Shown piece after piece: positions 1-11,472 of a stretch of DNA of 64,000 nt. The stretch's first letter is position 1; the number at the start of each line of letters is the position of its first letter. The translations under genes were made by a program, and so were the position numbers. Origin of the DNA: Rhynchopus sp. YZ270_cl-10 (Eukaryota); assembly GCA_964035575.1 (NCBI GenBank), contig OZ037835.1:1798001-1862000 (forward strand), given 5' to 3'. The notes beneath the pieces are model-generated. The model was not told the DNA's origin and did not search any database. It was given only the letters and a program-made list of their open reading frames with translations.

Positions 1-458
1 TTTTCGTTTATCGCACCGCAAAAGGTTTGTGTTTTTCACTGATGAATGTGAGTGATGTTAGTGGAAAAACAATACGCTAAAGCGGGCACGCACCATCCGT
101 CGTTTTCCATTTCTATTCGTCAATGCTTGATAACACAAAAAAAAAATTAGAGCGAAGACGTGCCCATCAGGCAGCCTCGCTAATCTAACAAATTATCGGG
201 GGGGAAAAAAACAAATAAAAAAGGTACAAAAGCTGCCAAACACATAATTTACGCTCATCTCTTTTCTTGATATGGTATGTTATCTTTCCAGCATCTTCTT
301 TTTCTAGAAAGGACTTTAGGTTGCCTATAACCAAAACACAATTTTTTTTTTTAGCAAAGGTGCCCTGCATTTTCATCTCCCCGTCTGAAATGCTTTCTTT
401 CTTCAAGGTTTTTTTTAAAAAAAATTAAGCTGACTAAGGCTCAGGGTCATCTTATATA

Positions 459-594
459 CAGTAAGACAACAAACATCGGTGGGGTAAAAACCCTCCTTAG
501 AATTTTGAAATCCCAAAATCCACCTTAGTTTTTACCCCTCCGGTGTTTTTACCCCACCAAAATTTTTACCCCACCGGTGTTTGTTGTCTTACTG
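459..594. mobile_element. MITE, Tc1/mariner (pogo-like) type, 136 bp
   Basis: 32-bp TIRs CAGTAAGACAACAAACAYCGGTGGGGTAAAAA (31/32 identical), flanked by TA on both sides (457-458, 595-596). Confidence 0.85.
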
Positions 595-896
595 TAAACT
601 TTTCTATCTACTTGCTCGACGATGTGACCAGAACAGTTGTGCCATGAAAAGGGACGTCTGTCTATTCCCAGCGAAAGAGACATTGCAAAAAGCTTTTTTT
701 TGGGTCACTACATTGCCACCAAGCCTTTTGCACTAGATTAGTCATTCGATGGGTGAACAGCCTCTGCTTTCCATCTACCCCACCCCGCTCTCTCTTCTCT
801 CTCTCTCTCTCTCTCTCTCTCGGTCACGCCACCCCCTCCTGTCTGGGTGCAAATACGTTACCAACACTCTATCAATGAATACGTATTTTACGTATA

Positions 897-1139
897 CCGT
901 CATCGTAAAAAAAATTATCGACCGTAAAAAACACGGGTTGCCTACGATCATAGTACGATATCTTTACGATTGTAGCTCTTTTTTTTTGATTGCGCTACTG
1001 GATCGTAGTTGATCGTAGTACGATATTTTACGATCGTTTTTTTTTGGTACGATCGTAGGCAACCCCTGAAAAAAGGTAGAACTTCCAGAAAAATCCTAAA
1101 AAGGTCGAACATTATTACGGTCGATTTTTATGATTACGG
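897..1139. mobile_element. MITE with CCGT termini (Tc1/mariner, Tc2-like) carrying a nested mini-element at 932-1068
   Basis: TA|CCGTCATCGTAAAAA ... TTTTTATGATTACGG|TA. The inner element has 18-bp TIRs CASGGGTTGCCTACGATC (17/18) and sits in an A-run. Confidence 0.7.
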
Positions 1140-1267
1140 TAATACATATGAGTGGTACGTAGCAGTTTTTTTTATTTTCGTATTGTGCGTATTTTTCGAG
1201 ATACGTGGGGTAGTTATGTATTTGCCACAGCCCTGAGGTCCCCCCTTTCCCCTCCCCTCACCCCATC

Positions 1268-1319
1268 CACGACGGTGAAGTAAAATGACTTGATGTGTGG
1301 TTTTTACTTCACCGTCGTG
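1268..1319. repeat. Perfect 18-bp inverted repeat with 16-nt spacer
   Basis: CACGACGGTGAAGTAAAA (1268-1285) / TTTTACTTCACCGTCGTG (1302-1319). Confidence 0.85.
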
Positions 1320-1782
1320 TAGCCCCCCCTCGTGCTCCTTGTCTCCTTATATTTTTACGCAAAAGCTCCCCTCTGCACCTTCGGTCCCACACCAAGGTAT
1401 CCTGTCAGAGAAATTTTCAAAGTGTTTATTCTTATCAGACTCAGACAGAAACTTACTATCAAAAATAACGCACACAATACCCCCACCCCTTTCCTCCGCC
1501 CCATAATTTTTTTTTGCTTTTCTTGCATGCAGTACTAGAAAACCGGAATAATACAGTAACACAACAAACACCGGATGGGGTAAAACCTAATTAACTACGA
1601 CGTTGCGATGAAAGCAAAGCCGCAGTTTGAAGCACTGCGAAAGAAGTACTGCCTGCGCAATCCTACAGTCTGAGTATCACTGCAGCGACCTCCGCAAAGT
1701 CTGGGACCGGGTCTGTGACCTGCCCATTATATGGTGTAAACCCCCCATCCGTATACTATTTACATACGCATATTATTAACTA

Positions 1783-4700
1783 CCGTAATCGTAAAAATTG
1801 TGGACCGTAAAAATGTTCCAGTTTGCCAAAAAACCCCAAAAAGTTCCAGAATTTTTACGGTCCAACATTTTTTGGGGGGGTTTTTTTGTGTTAGCAGTTT
1901 TTGGTTTTTTGGTTTTTTTTTTCCCCCTTTTCCACCAAGCTTTTTCCCAGATCGTGATCATGATCTGGTTTTCAGGAATTTTGGAAAAAAAAAAAAAAAA
2001 AAAACAAGTAATTGCTATCGGAAAAAAAACGGCGTGTGCTGTGGAACTCCACCCTGTAGAAGTAACCTACAACACACCCAGCACTCTGCTCTTCTGCAGG
2101 TATGATAACGCTCTTCGTACCCACTGGGACGCCTGCATCTGAAATGTTCAAGAAGGGGGGCTGTCCTCTTCATCCAGCACCATCTGATCGAGAGCGTTGT
2201 TGGACGTAGTCTCGGCAGGCTCGGCGTGTTTCAGCTCGTTTTTGTCCACAGGGTCCCACGCAGTGTCGTCGTCGTTGGAGCAGTGCGGAAGAAGCACAGA
2301 ATGCACAAACGACAACACGTCGATCACACCAGGCATATCAGCACCTCCAGCAAATCGTTTGGATGCTACGGTGCTTTCGAAATCACGCGGGGTTTTCCAC
2401 AGCACACCCCGTTTTTTTCTTAGCAATTACTTGTTCTTGTTGTTATTGTAATTTTCAACCACCTTCCTTCAACCCTTGTAGGATCAGTTCTTATTTTTTT
2501 TCGCGAAAACTTGAAATTACACATTTCAAGAGAACAAATTAAAAAGGGTCCTTATTTGCATTTTTGGGATCCGCCCGTGCAGTGGTGGGGTCAATCTCGA
2601 AAATTGGACAATTTTTTGACCACTTAAATTTTGAGAAATATGAGCCCGGTTGCTTATACGTGGGGCCCATTTTCGGCTAAAATTTTCCTCAAAATCTGGT
2701 TTTGTAAAATTGACCCTTTACTCCCCCCCCACATCGATTTCAATACTATACCTTACTTCACCTACGGTTGCCCTTACAGGGGGGGTGAAGGAAGGTAAGT
2801 TGAAAAAGGGTCCTTATTTGCATTTTTGGGATCCGCCCGTGCAGTGGTGGGGTCAATCTCGAAAATTGGACAATTTTTTGACCACTTAAATTTTGAGAAA
2901 TATGAGCCCGGTTCCTTATACGTGGGGCCCATTTTCGGCTAAAATTTTCCTCAAAATCTGGTTTTGTAAAATTGACCCTTTACTCCCCCCCCACATCGAT
3001 TTCAATACTATACCTTACTTCACCTACGGTTGCCCTTACAGGGGGGGTGAAGGAAGGTAAGTTGAAAAAGGGTCCTTATTTGCATTTTTGGGATCCGCCC
3101 GTGCAGTGGTGGGGTCAATCTCGAAAATTGGACAATTTTTTGACCACTTAAATTTTGAGAAATATGAGCCCGGTTCCTTATACGTGGGGCCCATTTTCGG
3201 CTAAAATTTTCCTCAAAATCTGGTTTTGTAAAATTGACCCTTTACTCCCCCCCCACATCGATTTCAATACTATACCTTACTTCACCTACGGTTGCCCTTA
3301 CAGGGGGGGTGAAGGAAGGTAAGTTGAAAAAGGGTCCTTATTTGCATTTTTGGGATCCGCCCGTGCAGTGGTGGGGTCAATCTCGAAAATTGGACAATTT
3401 TTTGACCACTTAAATTTTGAGAAATATGAGCCCGGTTCCTTATACGTGGGGCCCATTTTCGGCTAAAATTTTCCTCAAAATCTGGTTTTGTAAAATTGAC
3501 CCTTTACTCCCCCCCCACATCGATTTCAATACTATACCTTACTTCACCTACGGTTGCCCTTACAGGGGGGGTGAAGGAAGGTAAGTTGAAAAAAGTGCTC
3601 GCACACGATCTGCAGCTGTTCTACTCAATATTTTTTCAGATGAGTCACCACCACGGTTCGCACGGATCGCGATCCGTCAATTGCGGTACTTTTCCGGGAA
3701 AAACAAAAAAAAAAAAAAGTGGGGTGCGCACGGGGGTCGCGCTACGCGCCTACCGACTACCGTAGATTTTTGACGATTTTGCTTGGGTTTTTCCTTACTA
3801 AAACCAGAGAATCTCATATTTCATAGTAAGGGTACTTCAGAGTGTTTTTGCACACACATGTGACCCCACCGTGGAGAGCAATCGGCTCGCACAATCAAAA
3901 GAAAGCAGAGAAAAGGGAAAAAGAAAAAAGACAAAAGTTGGGTACCGTGCGCCTGCGGCGCTACTGTGTTCCCACTCAAAACACCACAATTTCATCTGAA
4001 GTTGGGTTTTCAAACCTGAAAATGACCCTTGTTTACGAGTATGGGTTCATATTTTGCAAAAATTTAAGTCAATAAAATTTTGTCCATTTTTCCAAAATGA
4101 CCCCATCACTTTCTGCAATCGCACCGAATCGGACGATGCGATCGACAAAAACGCCCAAAAACGCACCCCATACCCCTTTTTTTTTTCGTGATCTGGACCC
4201 CAAAATTTTGGTCAAAATCACGTGATCTGGGAACATGCTTGTTTTCCACCCACCCATCGCGGGTGGAAAAGGGGAAAGCGGGTGGATTTTTTGTTTCCCC
4301 CGATGAAACCAGTGCTTTTTTCTAGGATTTGGAGTTTTTGGCTGACGGGGGTGCACAGGGCAAAAAAGTGCGTATATTTTTTTTCCCGCGGTTGACCATG
4401 CAACAGGGGATTAAAAAGGTTTTGGGGTTTTTCGCTGAAACTCGGTCAAAACTCGGTCGAACCCGGGTCCCCAACCCAGCTCAAGTTGGGGGCCTCCGGC
4501 GGAATATGGGAATTCCTCAGTTATCCAACTGCGGAGTTCGGCACTTCATTGATATTTGCACTAGACACACGTGGTGCACGAAGTACCAGCCGGCGGTCAT
4601 GGCACCCAAAGGTTTCTGGCGAAGCCACGGTACGCAACATTTCTAAGAAATGATGACATAAAATGGCACTTTCGTTGGTAATTATCTAAAATGAAAGTTT

Positions 4701-5219
4701 CTGGCGAAGCCACGGTACGCAACGTTTCAAAAAATTGCGCTTAAAATTGCACATTTTTACAGCCAAACAGAGAAGAGCTACACTTACAGCACCTGGGACG
4801 CAAAACAGTTATGTTTGCAGCTACGGAAACGCCGACTCCTTACTTCCTGGTGAGGCTCGCGAGAGCATGATGGGGAAGGTGAAGGGGGGGCAGAGTGGTA
4901 GGGGGGGTGGGTCCCCCACCCCCAACCGCCCTGCCCCTCCGCCCCCAGGGGGGCCGCTAGGGGGTGCGTGCACTCCCTTGAAATCTCAAAAAAGTCTGAC
5001 GGGGGTGCGCGCGCACCCCCGCACCCCCTCCAGAAAAAACACTGAACGAAACCAAAAACCGCTAAGTACTCGGCAGGCCAAAACCACATCTGGACCGTAA
5101 TATATCTGGACCGTAAAAATGTTCCAGTTTGCCAAAAAACCCAAAAAGTTCCAGAATTTTTACGGTCCAAGTATTATACGGTCCAAAATTTTTACGGTCC
5201 ACAATTTTTACGATTACGG
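1783..5219. mobile_element. Putative Tc1/mariner-like element with CCGT termini nested in 1554-5278
   Basis: Perfect 32-bp TIR CCGTAATCGTAAAAATTGTGGACCGTAAAAAT with TA at 1781-1782 and 5220-5221. A ~65-bp subterminal segment is present as a direct repeat near both ends. Confidence 0.7.
2541..3593. repeat. Tandem satellite, 4 near-identical copies of a 262-bp unit
   Basis: The GGGTCCTTATTTGC anchor recurs at 2546, 2808, 3070 and 3332. Confidence 0.97.
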
Positions 5220-5599
5220 TATCTAAGGCCCTTAGGGGGGTTTTTTTTTTACCCACCCGATGTTTTGTTGTGTTACTGTAACCAACCATTTTTTGATTGC
5301 ATTCTGATAGCCTTCGCCAAATTTTGAGATCTCGCACACATATTTGGCGTATTCTTCATTGCAGAACGCACTCCGCTGATCCGAAGACCTACACATGATC
5401 CACAGACTCCGCGGTAAGGCCGTAAGGCAGTAAGACCCTCCTTGAAGGTGTCGAGAGATGGAGACCACATTCCATTTTTTTTTTTGAGTACCAAATTAGC
5501 TTTTTGGACATAGAAATGGCACACCACCCACCCACCCCACCACAGGCAGAAACTCAAACAAATTGGTCTCAGAAAAAAAAAGACTTTTTTACCAACACA

Positions 5600-7741
5600 A
5601 TGCTTTTACTTACACTCCTTTTCACCACCGCCGCTCTACCATCTGATTGGAGCGCAGCATTCGAGGCTGGGCGTATAGTCGCTAGCGATAGTCCGCTTGC
5701 AGACAGGGACTGCCCGGTTGTAGGGAACGGCTTTGTAGGCTACCGGCTGTGCGGGTTTATTGGCCCTAACCCTTATCACGATGATGAGGGTGCAACCCTG
5801 GGTGCACAGGACAGCATGGAAGGGGGCATGCATGTGGCCGCGGTGCGGACTGGGTTTCACAATGCAAGCATTCCGTCTCATCGCGCTACTATACCTTCGC
5901 CGTTTAATGTTAGGGCGGAAGGTGAGATGATTGGCGCCAAGCTGGACCTCGAGAGCGGCGCTGCAACGAACCGTACAAAGCATTGTGATATCGTTCTTGA
6001 TGTGACACAGCTTCCTCATAGGACACATCGTAACGTTCTGCTTCTTAGACTAAATGCATCGGGGAGTGGGAGTTGTAACGTCAGCTTGACTCCTTTGGGA
6101 AGCGTGCCCAGCTATGTGCTCAGGGATATGAATGTTGTGTCAGATGCAATCTCAGAGGGGGTGCGAAGCTGGGAAGGGACAACAAGGATTGCAGAGGTCG
6201 CGTCGATGCCTTTGTCAGGGGTTGCGTTGATGCACGATGTGGTCCCATCTACGGTGATGATATCGAACACAACGGACCGTCTATTTTATGCAGTGGTACG
6301 CAGTACTGTGGAAGGAATTTCGAATACCACGTTGCTTGCGAACACTACGACGATGTTCCGTGACGTCAAACAGAGCACATGGAAGGTTCTTTCTGCGGAG
6401 AACACTGCCTCCATGTCCGCCCTACACCACTCCGGAATCGAGGTCACCGGAAACGCGACGGTTGCGCGTGCTCTGAACTCCTCTCTATTCTATCTGCTTC
6501 AGTCACTGCGCTCAGACGGCCCCTTCGGCATGTCCACCTCAGGCCTCGGAACCGACGGGTATTGGGGACGTACTTACTGGGATATGGAGATGTTCCAGCT
6601 GCCTCCACTGCTGCTCACCCACCGGGAGCTGGTCTATCAAATGGCGCACTACCGACTGCAGCAAATCCCTGCCGCAAAACAACGTGCCCTCTGGGCAGAA
6701 CACCAAGGCGCAATGTTCCCATGGCAGGCAGGGATGAGCGGGTACGACTGCTCCCAGCCGGGGAGCACGCTGTTTGGCCAGCACGAACAACACATATCTG
6801 GTGACATTGCCATGGCAATGAAGCGGATCTACCACACAACAGGGAATACCAGCTTTCTCCGCGACACAGCATGGCAGGTTTCGTACCCGATTTGCCAGTT
6901 CTGGAGCGGTAGGTTTGAAAGGCACGCTTCAGGAAACTTCACGATCCTCAATGTTGTCCCTCCAGATGAGCACGCCGGGCTCCGCAACAGCAGTGTCTAC
7001 ACAAACGCGGTTGCCGCACAATCTTTATCTTGGTGCCTCGACATTGTCAACATTCTTGGCAACACCATAACCCCACCCACAAAATCTGAAATGCAACTCT
7101 GGGAGCTCCAAGCGGCGTCTCCGTACCTCCCAATCAAAAACATATCGGGTGTCGAAGTGCACCCTGAATACGAAGGATACGACGGAACACAAGTAAACCA
7201 AGATGACGTTGGGCTATTAGTGTACCCTCTCTCCCTTGAGGAAGGGGAGATAGCGAAGAACGACGTCACCTTCTATATGGAGAGGACTCCTGCAGACGGC
7301 ATGTTTACGGGTGACTCTATGTACAGCATTGCGATGTTGCAATTAGGAAATGCTACCTTAGCAGAGAATATGTGGGAGGCGGGGATGCTGCACCAAGCGG
7401 GTGGGTTCAATGCTTGGAGGGAACGTCTTTCAGGAGGTGCGTTGAACTTCTTAACAGGGGCGGGAGGGTTTCTTATGAACCTAATGTACGGCTGGGCGGG
7501 TCTCCGCATAACAGCAGACCTCCTTTCAGCGCACCCCCAGCTCCCTCCATCGCTTTCCCAAGTGCGTCTTCGCGCGCTCAGCTATAAAACGGCGGAGGTA
7601 ACTCTGACCTACACAGCCACGCAGACGACCCTAGAAATCACAACAATGGGTGGGTTTGAGGTGAAGTGTGGAGGGGGTGTGGGGTGCAAGGTGTCTCCGT
7701 GTGTCTGTCCGGCTGGGGAGGTGACGGTGGTTGTGGAGTAG
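5600..7741 (+). CDS. Glycoside hydrolase family 65, PGGHG/acid-trehalase-like hydrolase with signal peptide (713 aa)
   Basis: GH65 motifs YWGRTYWDMEMF, GAMFPWQ, EQHISGDIA, NVVPPDEH..NSSVYTN, HPEYEGY and GALNFLTGAGGFL. ATG at 5600 follows an ACACA leader and gives a hydrophobic MLLLTLLFTTAA N-terminus. The track ORF (5504) starts at TTG. Confidence 0.92.
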   Translation: MLLLTLLFTTAALPSDWSAAFEAGRIVASDSPLADRDCPVVGNGFVGYRLCGFIGPNPYHDDEGATLGAQDSMEGGMHVAAVRTGFHNASIPSHRATIPSPFNVRAEGEMIGAKLDLESGAATNRTKHCDIVLDVTQLPHRTHRNVLLLRLNASGSGSCNVSLTPLGSVPSYVLRDMNVVSDAISEGVRSWEGTTRIAEVASMPLSGVALMHDVVPSTVMISNTTDRLFYAVVRSTVEGISNTTLLANTTTMFRDVKQSTWKVLSAENTASMSALHHSGIEVTGNATVARALNSSLFYLLQSLRSDGPFGMSTSGLGTDGYWGRTYWDMEMFQLPPLLLTHRELVYQMAHYRLQQIPAAKQRALWAEHQGAMFPWQAGMSGYDCSQPGSTLFGQHEQHISGDIAMAMKRIYHTTGNTSFLRDTAWQVSYPICQFWSGRFERHASGNFTILNVVPPDEHAGLRNSSVYTNAVAAQSLSWCLDIVNILGNTITPPTKSEMQLWELQAASPYLPIKNISGVEVHPEYEGYDGTQVNQDDVGLLVYPLSLEEGEIAKNDVTFYMERTPADGMFTGDSMYSIAMLQLGNATLAENMWEAGMLHQAGGFNAWRERLSGGALNFLTGAGGFLMNLMYGWAGLRITADLLSAHPQLPPSLSQVRLRALSYKTAEVTLTYTATQTTLEITTMGGFEVKCGGGVGCKVSPCVCPAGEVTVVVE

Positions 7742-9714
7742 AGGGATGAGTGGTTGTTTTTTTGTTTTTGTTTTTCATGCTTCGATTGTTATCTAAAAAA
7801 TAAACAACAAAAAAATGTTGGTCGTGTTCTCATTCACAGCCGTCACTACGACTTCCCCCCTCCCCCTCTGACTACATGATATGTAAATGTAAATTGAACA
7901 CCCATTCAGTGTTAGCATCAAATAGGGGTCTCGCTTATGCTATTGAGGCTGTGCTGCACCCGTTGTTAAAAAAGCGACTTGCTTGTATTACCAAACTCCA
8001 CTCAAAATTTGAGGCAAAAATGAGGTGGAAAAGTTTGAGGTTTTTTCTCTTTCTTTACATCATAGCTTTCACTGTTCTTTCAGACGCAAACCTCGAAATG
8101 GATGTAGGAACTGCATGGTCGGGGGTCCACCCTCCCGTACACCCATTGTACCAAGGTACACATTACCACGAGAGGGCAAACCCCGCCAACTCCTTTGCAT
8201 CTATGAACTGTTGTGTGTGTTTTTTAAAATATTTTCTTTTTTTAAATTTTTCGGAACCGTTCTCGTCAGGTTTCCTTTTATACATATTGGTGCCGACCGT
8301 ACCAACTGTTGTGGCTGTACAAAAGTACCAAGTTGTGGCCAAAAAACTCTAAAAAAAAAAATCAAACTTTAGAACGGGCCAACTTTGTCAGGGTGCATAC
8401 ATTGTCCAGTCCAACGTCAGTACGCTTACGGCGAGTGGAGTACGCGCCCCTCAAAGGGCAAATGCGTCTTTTTGTGTAATTTTTTGAGTGATAACTTCGC
8501 TTGTTAATATGCCAGTTGACGTCTGGGGTCAGTTTAGGAAATTTGCTTATTTTTTTTCTGGGAAATCGTGTCTCATACCCTCCCATACCCTACCACACCG
8601 TGACGTCAACTGGCCTATGCTATGCTTGGGCTCATATTTTCAACGTTCTTTACTAGTAAGGGTACTCACACTTTTTCTTTTGTTTCTTGTCCTTGGGTTT
8701 CCCAAAAATCCGAGCGGGCGGGCGGGAAAAAAAAAGTGAAGCAAAAAAAAAAAGTGGAGGAAAAAAAAAGTGAAGGGGGAAAAAAAACCTGTGCGGTATT
8801 TTTTCCGCCCAAGAGGGCGTTTTGTTGCAGTTCCGAACCAATCCCGGCTTGTGGTGGGGGATATTCGGAAAAATAGACAAAATTTTAGTGACTTAAATTT
8901 TCGCAAAATATGAACCCATACTCGTAAACAAGGGTCATTTTCAGTCTAATTCTGGAAAATTTCCGGAAAATTCGGAAAATTCCGACATTTGGAAGCAATT
9001 TTTCCCCTGAAAAAAAGTGGGTTCAGCCCCAAAACGTACCACGGGTGGCATTTCCGGAACCCGTCCGCACTGTGGTGGCCAGGGTGGGGTCACTTTACCG
9101 AAATGGCCAAATTCTTGGCTTTGGTCAAAATCCATGTAGGGAAATCCCAAATCCAGATTTTCTCTCCCTGATCCTCGGCGTCTGAAAACACGATAGTGCC
9201 CGAAAACACCGGCATTTGCATTTCCGGAATCCGTCCGTTGTGTGGTGGGGTCAATTTGCCAAAATGGACAAGTTTTTGGTTTTGGTCAAAACCCGTCAGT
9301 GTAAGGTAAAGGGGGGCCGAGTGTTCGCCTGTAGAACTGGTAGAAAAACAGGCAGCGCCGCAGGCGCACGTTACCAACTTTTTTTTACTCGTGCCATTTT
9401 CTTTTGATTGCACGAGCCGATTGCTCTCCACCGTGGGGCTCAGATTGGAGCGTGCAGTCTCTACCTTGTGGGGATGTTGCAGTAGTCAGTATTAGTGTAG
9501 ACACCCGAGGATGAACTCCACTACTTGCCCGGCTACAACGTGCCAAATGCTCTGGTCGCATGACCACGGGGGGTCATGCGGAGTCATCTACAACCTCCAA
9601 ACCCCATTTTTCTCGGGGGTCACCATGTACCCCCCGAACCCTGTGAAAATCCGGAGTTTTCTGGAAAAAATAATGGGGTGGGCATGGTCCCACCCCGGTC
9701 CACCTTGGTGGAAA

Positions 9715-11472
9715 CAGGGTCCTAGGTATAGTATACGGAAAATGTGTAACACATTTTCCGTTAAACAGGGTCCTAGCTCAGTAGAACGGAAAAGGTGGCC
9801 CACCTTTTCCGTTGTTGTTTTTTTTTTTGGGGGGGGTTTTTTTTACACGGTGCAAAAAACCGGTTGGCCAAGGAGGTCCTCAGTGTCGTCAGCCAGTCCC
9901 CTTTGCTGTTAAAAACAGCGACTTGGCGTGGTCAATTTTTCCGCGCGAACAGGGATTACGCTCCACGTGTGGAACGTATGGAAATCCATACGTGAATTGT
10001 TTTTGAAAAGGTGGAATCCATACGTGTCCATACGTAGGTAATTTGGGTTTTGGATTGGGGCTGGGGTGGGGTAGGTGAGGGGTGGGGCTCCGCCCCCACC
10101 TCTCACCTACCCCCTACAGAATTCTATTTGTAGGAGACAATTTTCTATTTTACCGGAAAAGGAGCATGCAGCATGGCGAAAGAAAAAAGTAGCGTACCGT
10201 GCGCCTGCGGCGCTAGATTGCAATACACCCTTCCCATGACATAATAGGCAATTTTAAGCGCAATTTTTAGAAATGTTGCGTACCGTGGCTTCGCCAGAAA
10301 CTTTCGTTTTAGCAAAATATGGAAGTAAAGTTTACGGAACTGGACCATAGTTACCAACGAAAGTGCCATTTTATGTCAAGATTTTTTAAAAATGTTGCGT
10401 ACCGTGGCTTCGCCAGGAACATTTGGATGCCATGACTGATGATTTCTCCAGTTCTTCGAACTTTCACAACCCTTCTCAACCAACTTTGCCAGGGAGAGCG
10501 CGCGCGAAGCGCGCGCGGTTTTTAATTGTTTTTGCTTAGAATTGTACGTGTTGAAAATCCATACGTACTTTTTTTATTTTTGGGGGAGCTGCGTAATCCC
10601 TGCGCGCGAAGCGCAGAAAAATTTTTTTGAGCCACCTTTTCCGTTTCTTTTTTTTTTCTTCTGAGCTAGAACCCTGCGTTAAATCCGGTTTTTTTTTTTT
10701 TTGGGGGGTAGTACCCAGGTGCCCCCCAAAAAATAATCCCAGAAACCGTGGGTCCCTCCTACACTCACTCACAACAGAATTTTTTGCTACCCAAAAAAAT
10801 CTCAATTTCCCATACAAAAATGCTCGCATTCAGAAGGAAAAGGAAGCATGCATCATGGCGAAAGAAAAAAAGTAGCGTACCGTGCGCCTGCGGCGCAAGC
10901 CTGCAACCCACCCTTCCCATGACAGTTTGGCAGTAAAAAAAGTGCAATTTTAAGCGTATTTTTTGGAAATGTTGCGTACCGTGGCTTCGCCAGAAACTTT
11001 CGTTTTAGCAAAATACGTAAGTAAAATTTACGGAAACTGATTAGAATTACTAGCGACCGTGCCATTTTATGTCAACATTTTTATAAATGTTGCGTACCGT
11101 GGCTTTGCCAGGAACTTGGGCGAACCTGTATAGGCCCCCCTGCTCCTGAACAAAGAATACAAAGTGTATCTTTGTGTCGCTTTTCTAGTCGACTGTCACA
11201 GATCATCATCATAGGGGTGAGGTTCGGGTGCACGATTCTTTCGTGCCACACATTCTTGGATGATCTCCCCGAGGAGATTGTCCGGCAGTTCGTTGGGAAT
11301 CGGGTTATCCCTTTCCATTATGCGAAGGATGTCCTCGACTTGACATTACGTATGGGTAGCATCAATTTTTTGGGGCTGTTGTGGGGTAGGAATTTTCCGC
11401 GCGCAGCGCGGAAATTTTTTTTCAAAACACATTTTCCGTTTCCCTTTTTTTTTTTTTGGACCTAGAACCCTG
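9715..11472. mobile_element. TIR element with 7-bp TSD (P-element-like)
   Basis: CAGGGTCCTAGGT ... ACCTAGAACCCTG, with direct repeat GTGGAAA at 9708-9714 and 11473-11479. Confidence 0.85.
9766..10676. mobile_element. TIR element with 7-bp TSD nested 51 bp inside 9715-11472
   Basis: CAGGGTCCTAGCTCAGTAGAA ... TTCTTCTGAGCTAGAACCCTG, with TSD CGTTAAA at 9759-9765 and 10677-10683. Confidence 0.85.

Larger units (their letters stand above)
1554..5278. mobile_element. Putative Tc1/mariner-like element with CAGT termini (outer shell of a nest)
   Basis: TA|CAGTAACACAACAAA... at 1554 and ...TTTGTTGTGTTACTG|TA at 5278. Same TIR family as the 459-594 MITE. Pairing of the two ends rests only on a 2-bp TSD. 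Confidence 0.6.

Noticed and set aside
2040..2430. Coding-like island (ORF 2148-2426 minus) and similar patches near 1600-1740 and 5280-5465
   Set aside because: These could be exons or TE relics, but there is no recognisable domain or splice evidence.
2541..3593. Possible CRISPR-like array
   Set aside because: Units are identical over their whole 262 bp with no unique spacers, and there are no cas genes.
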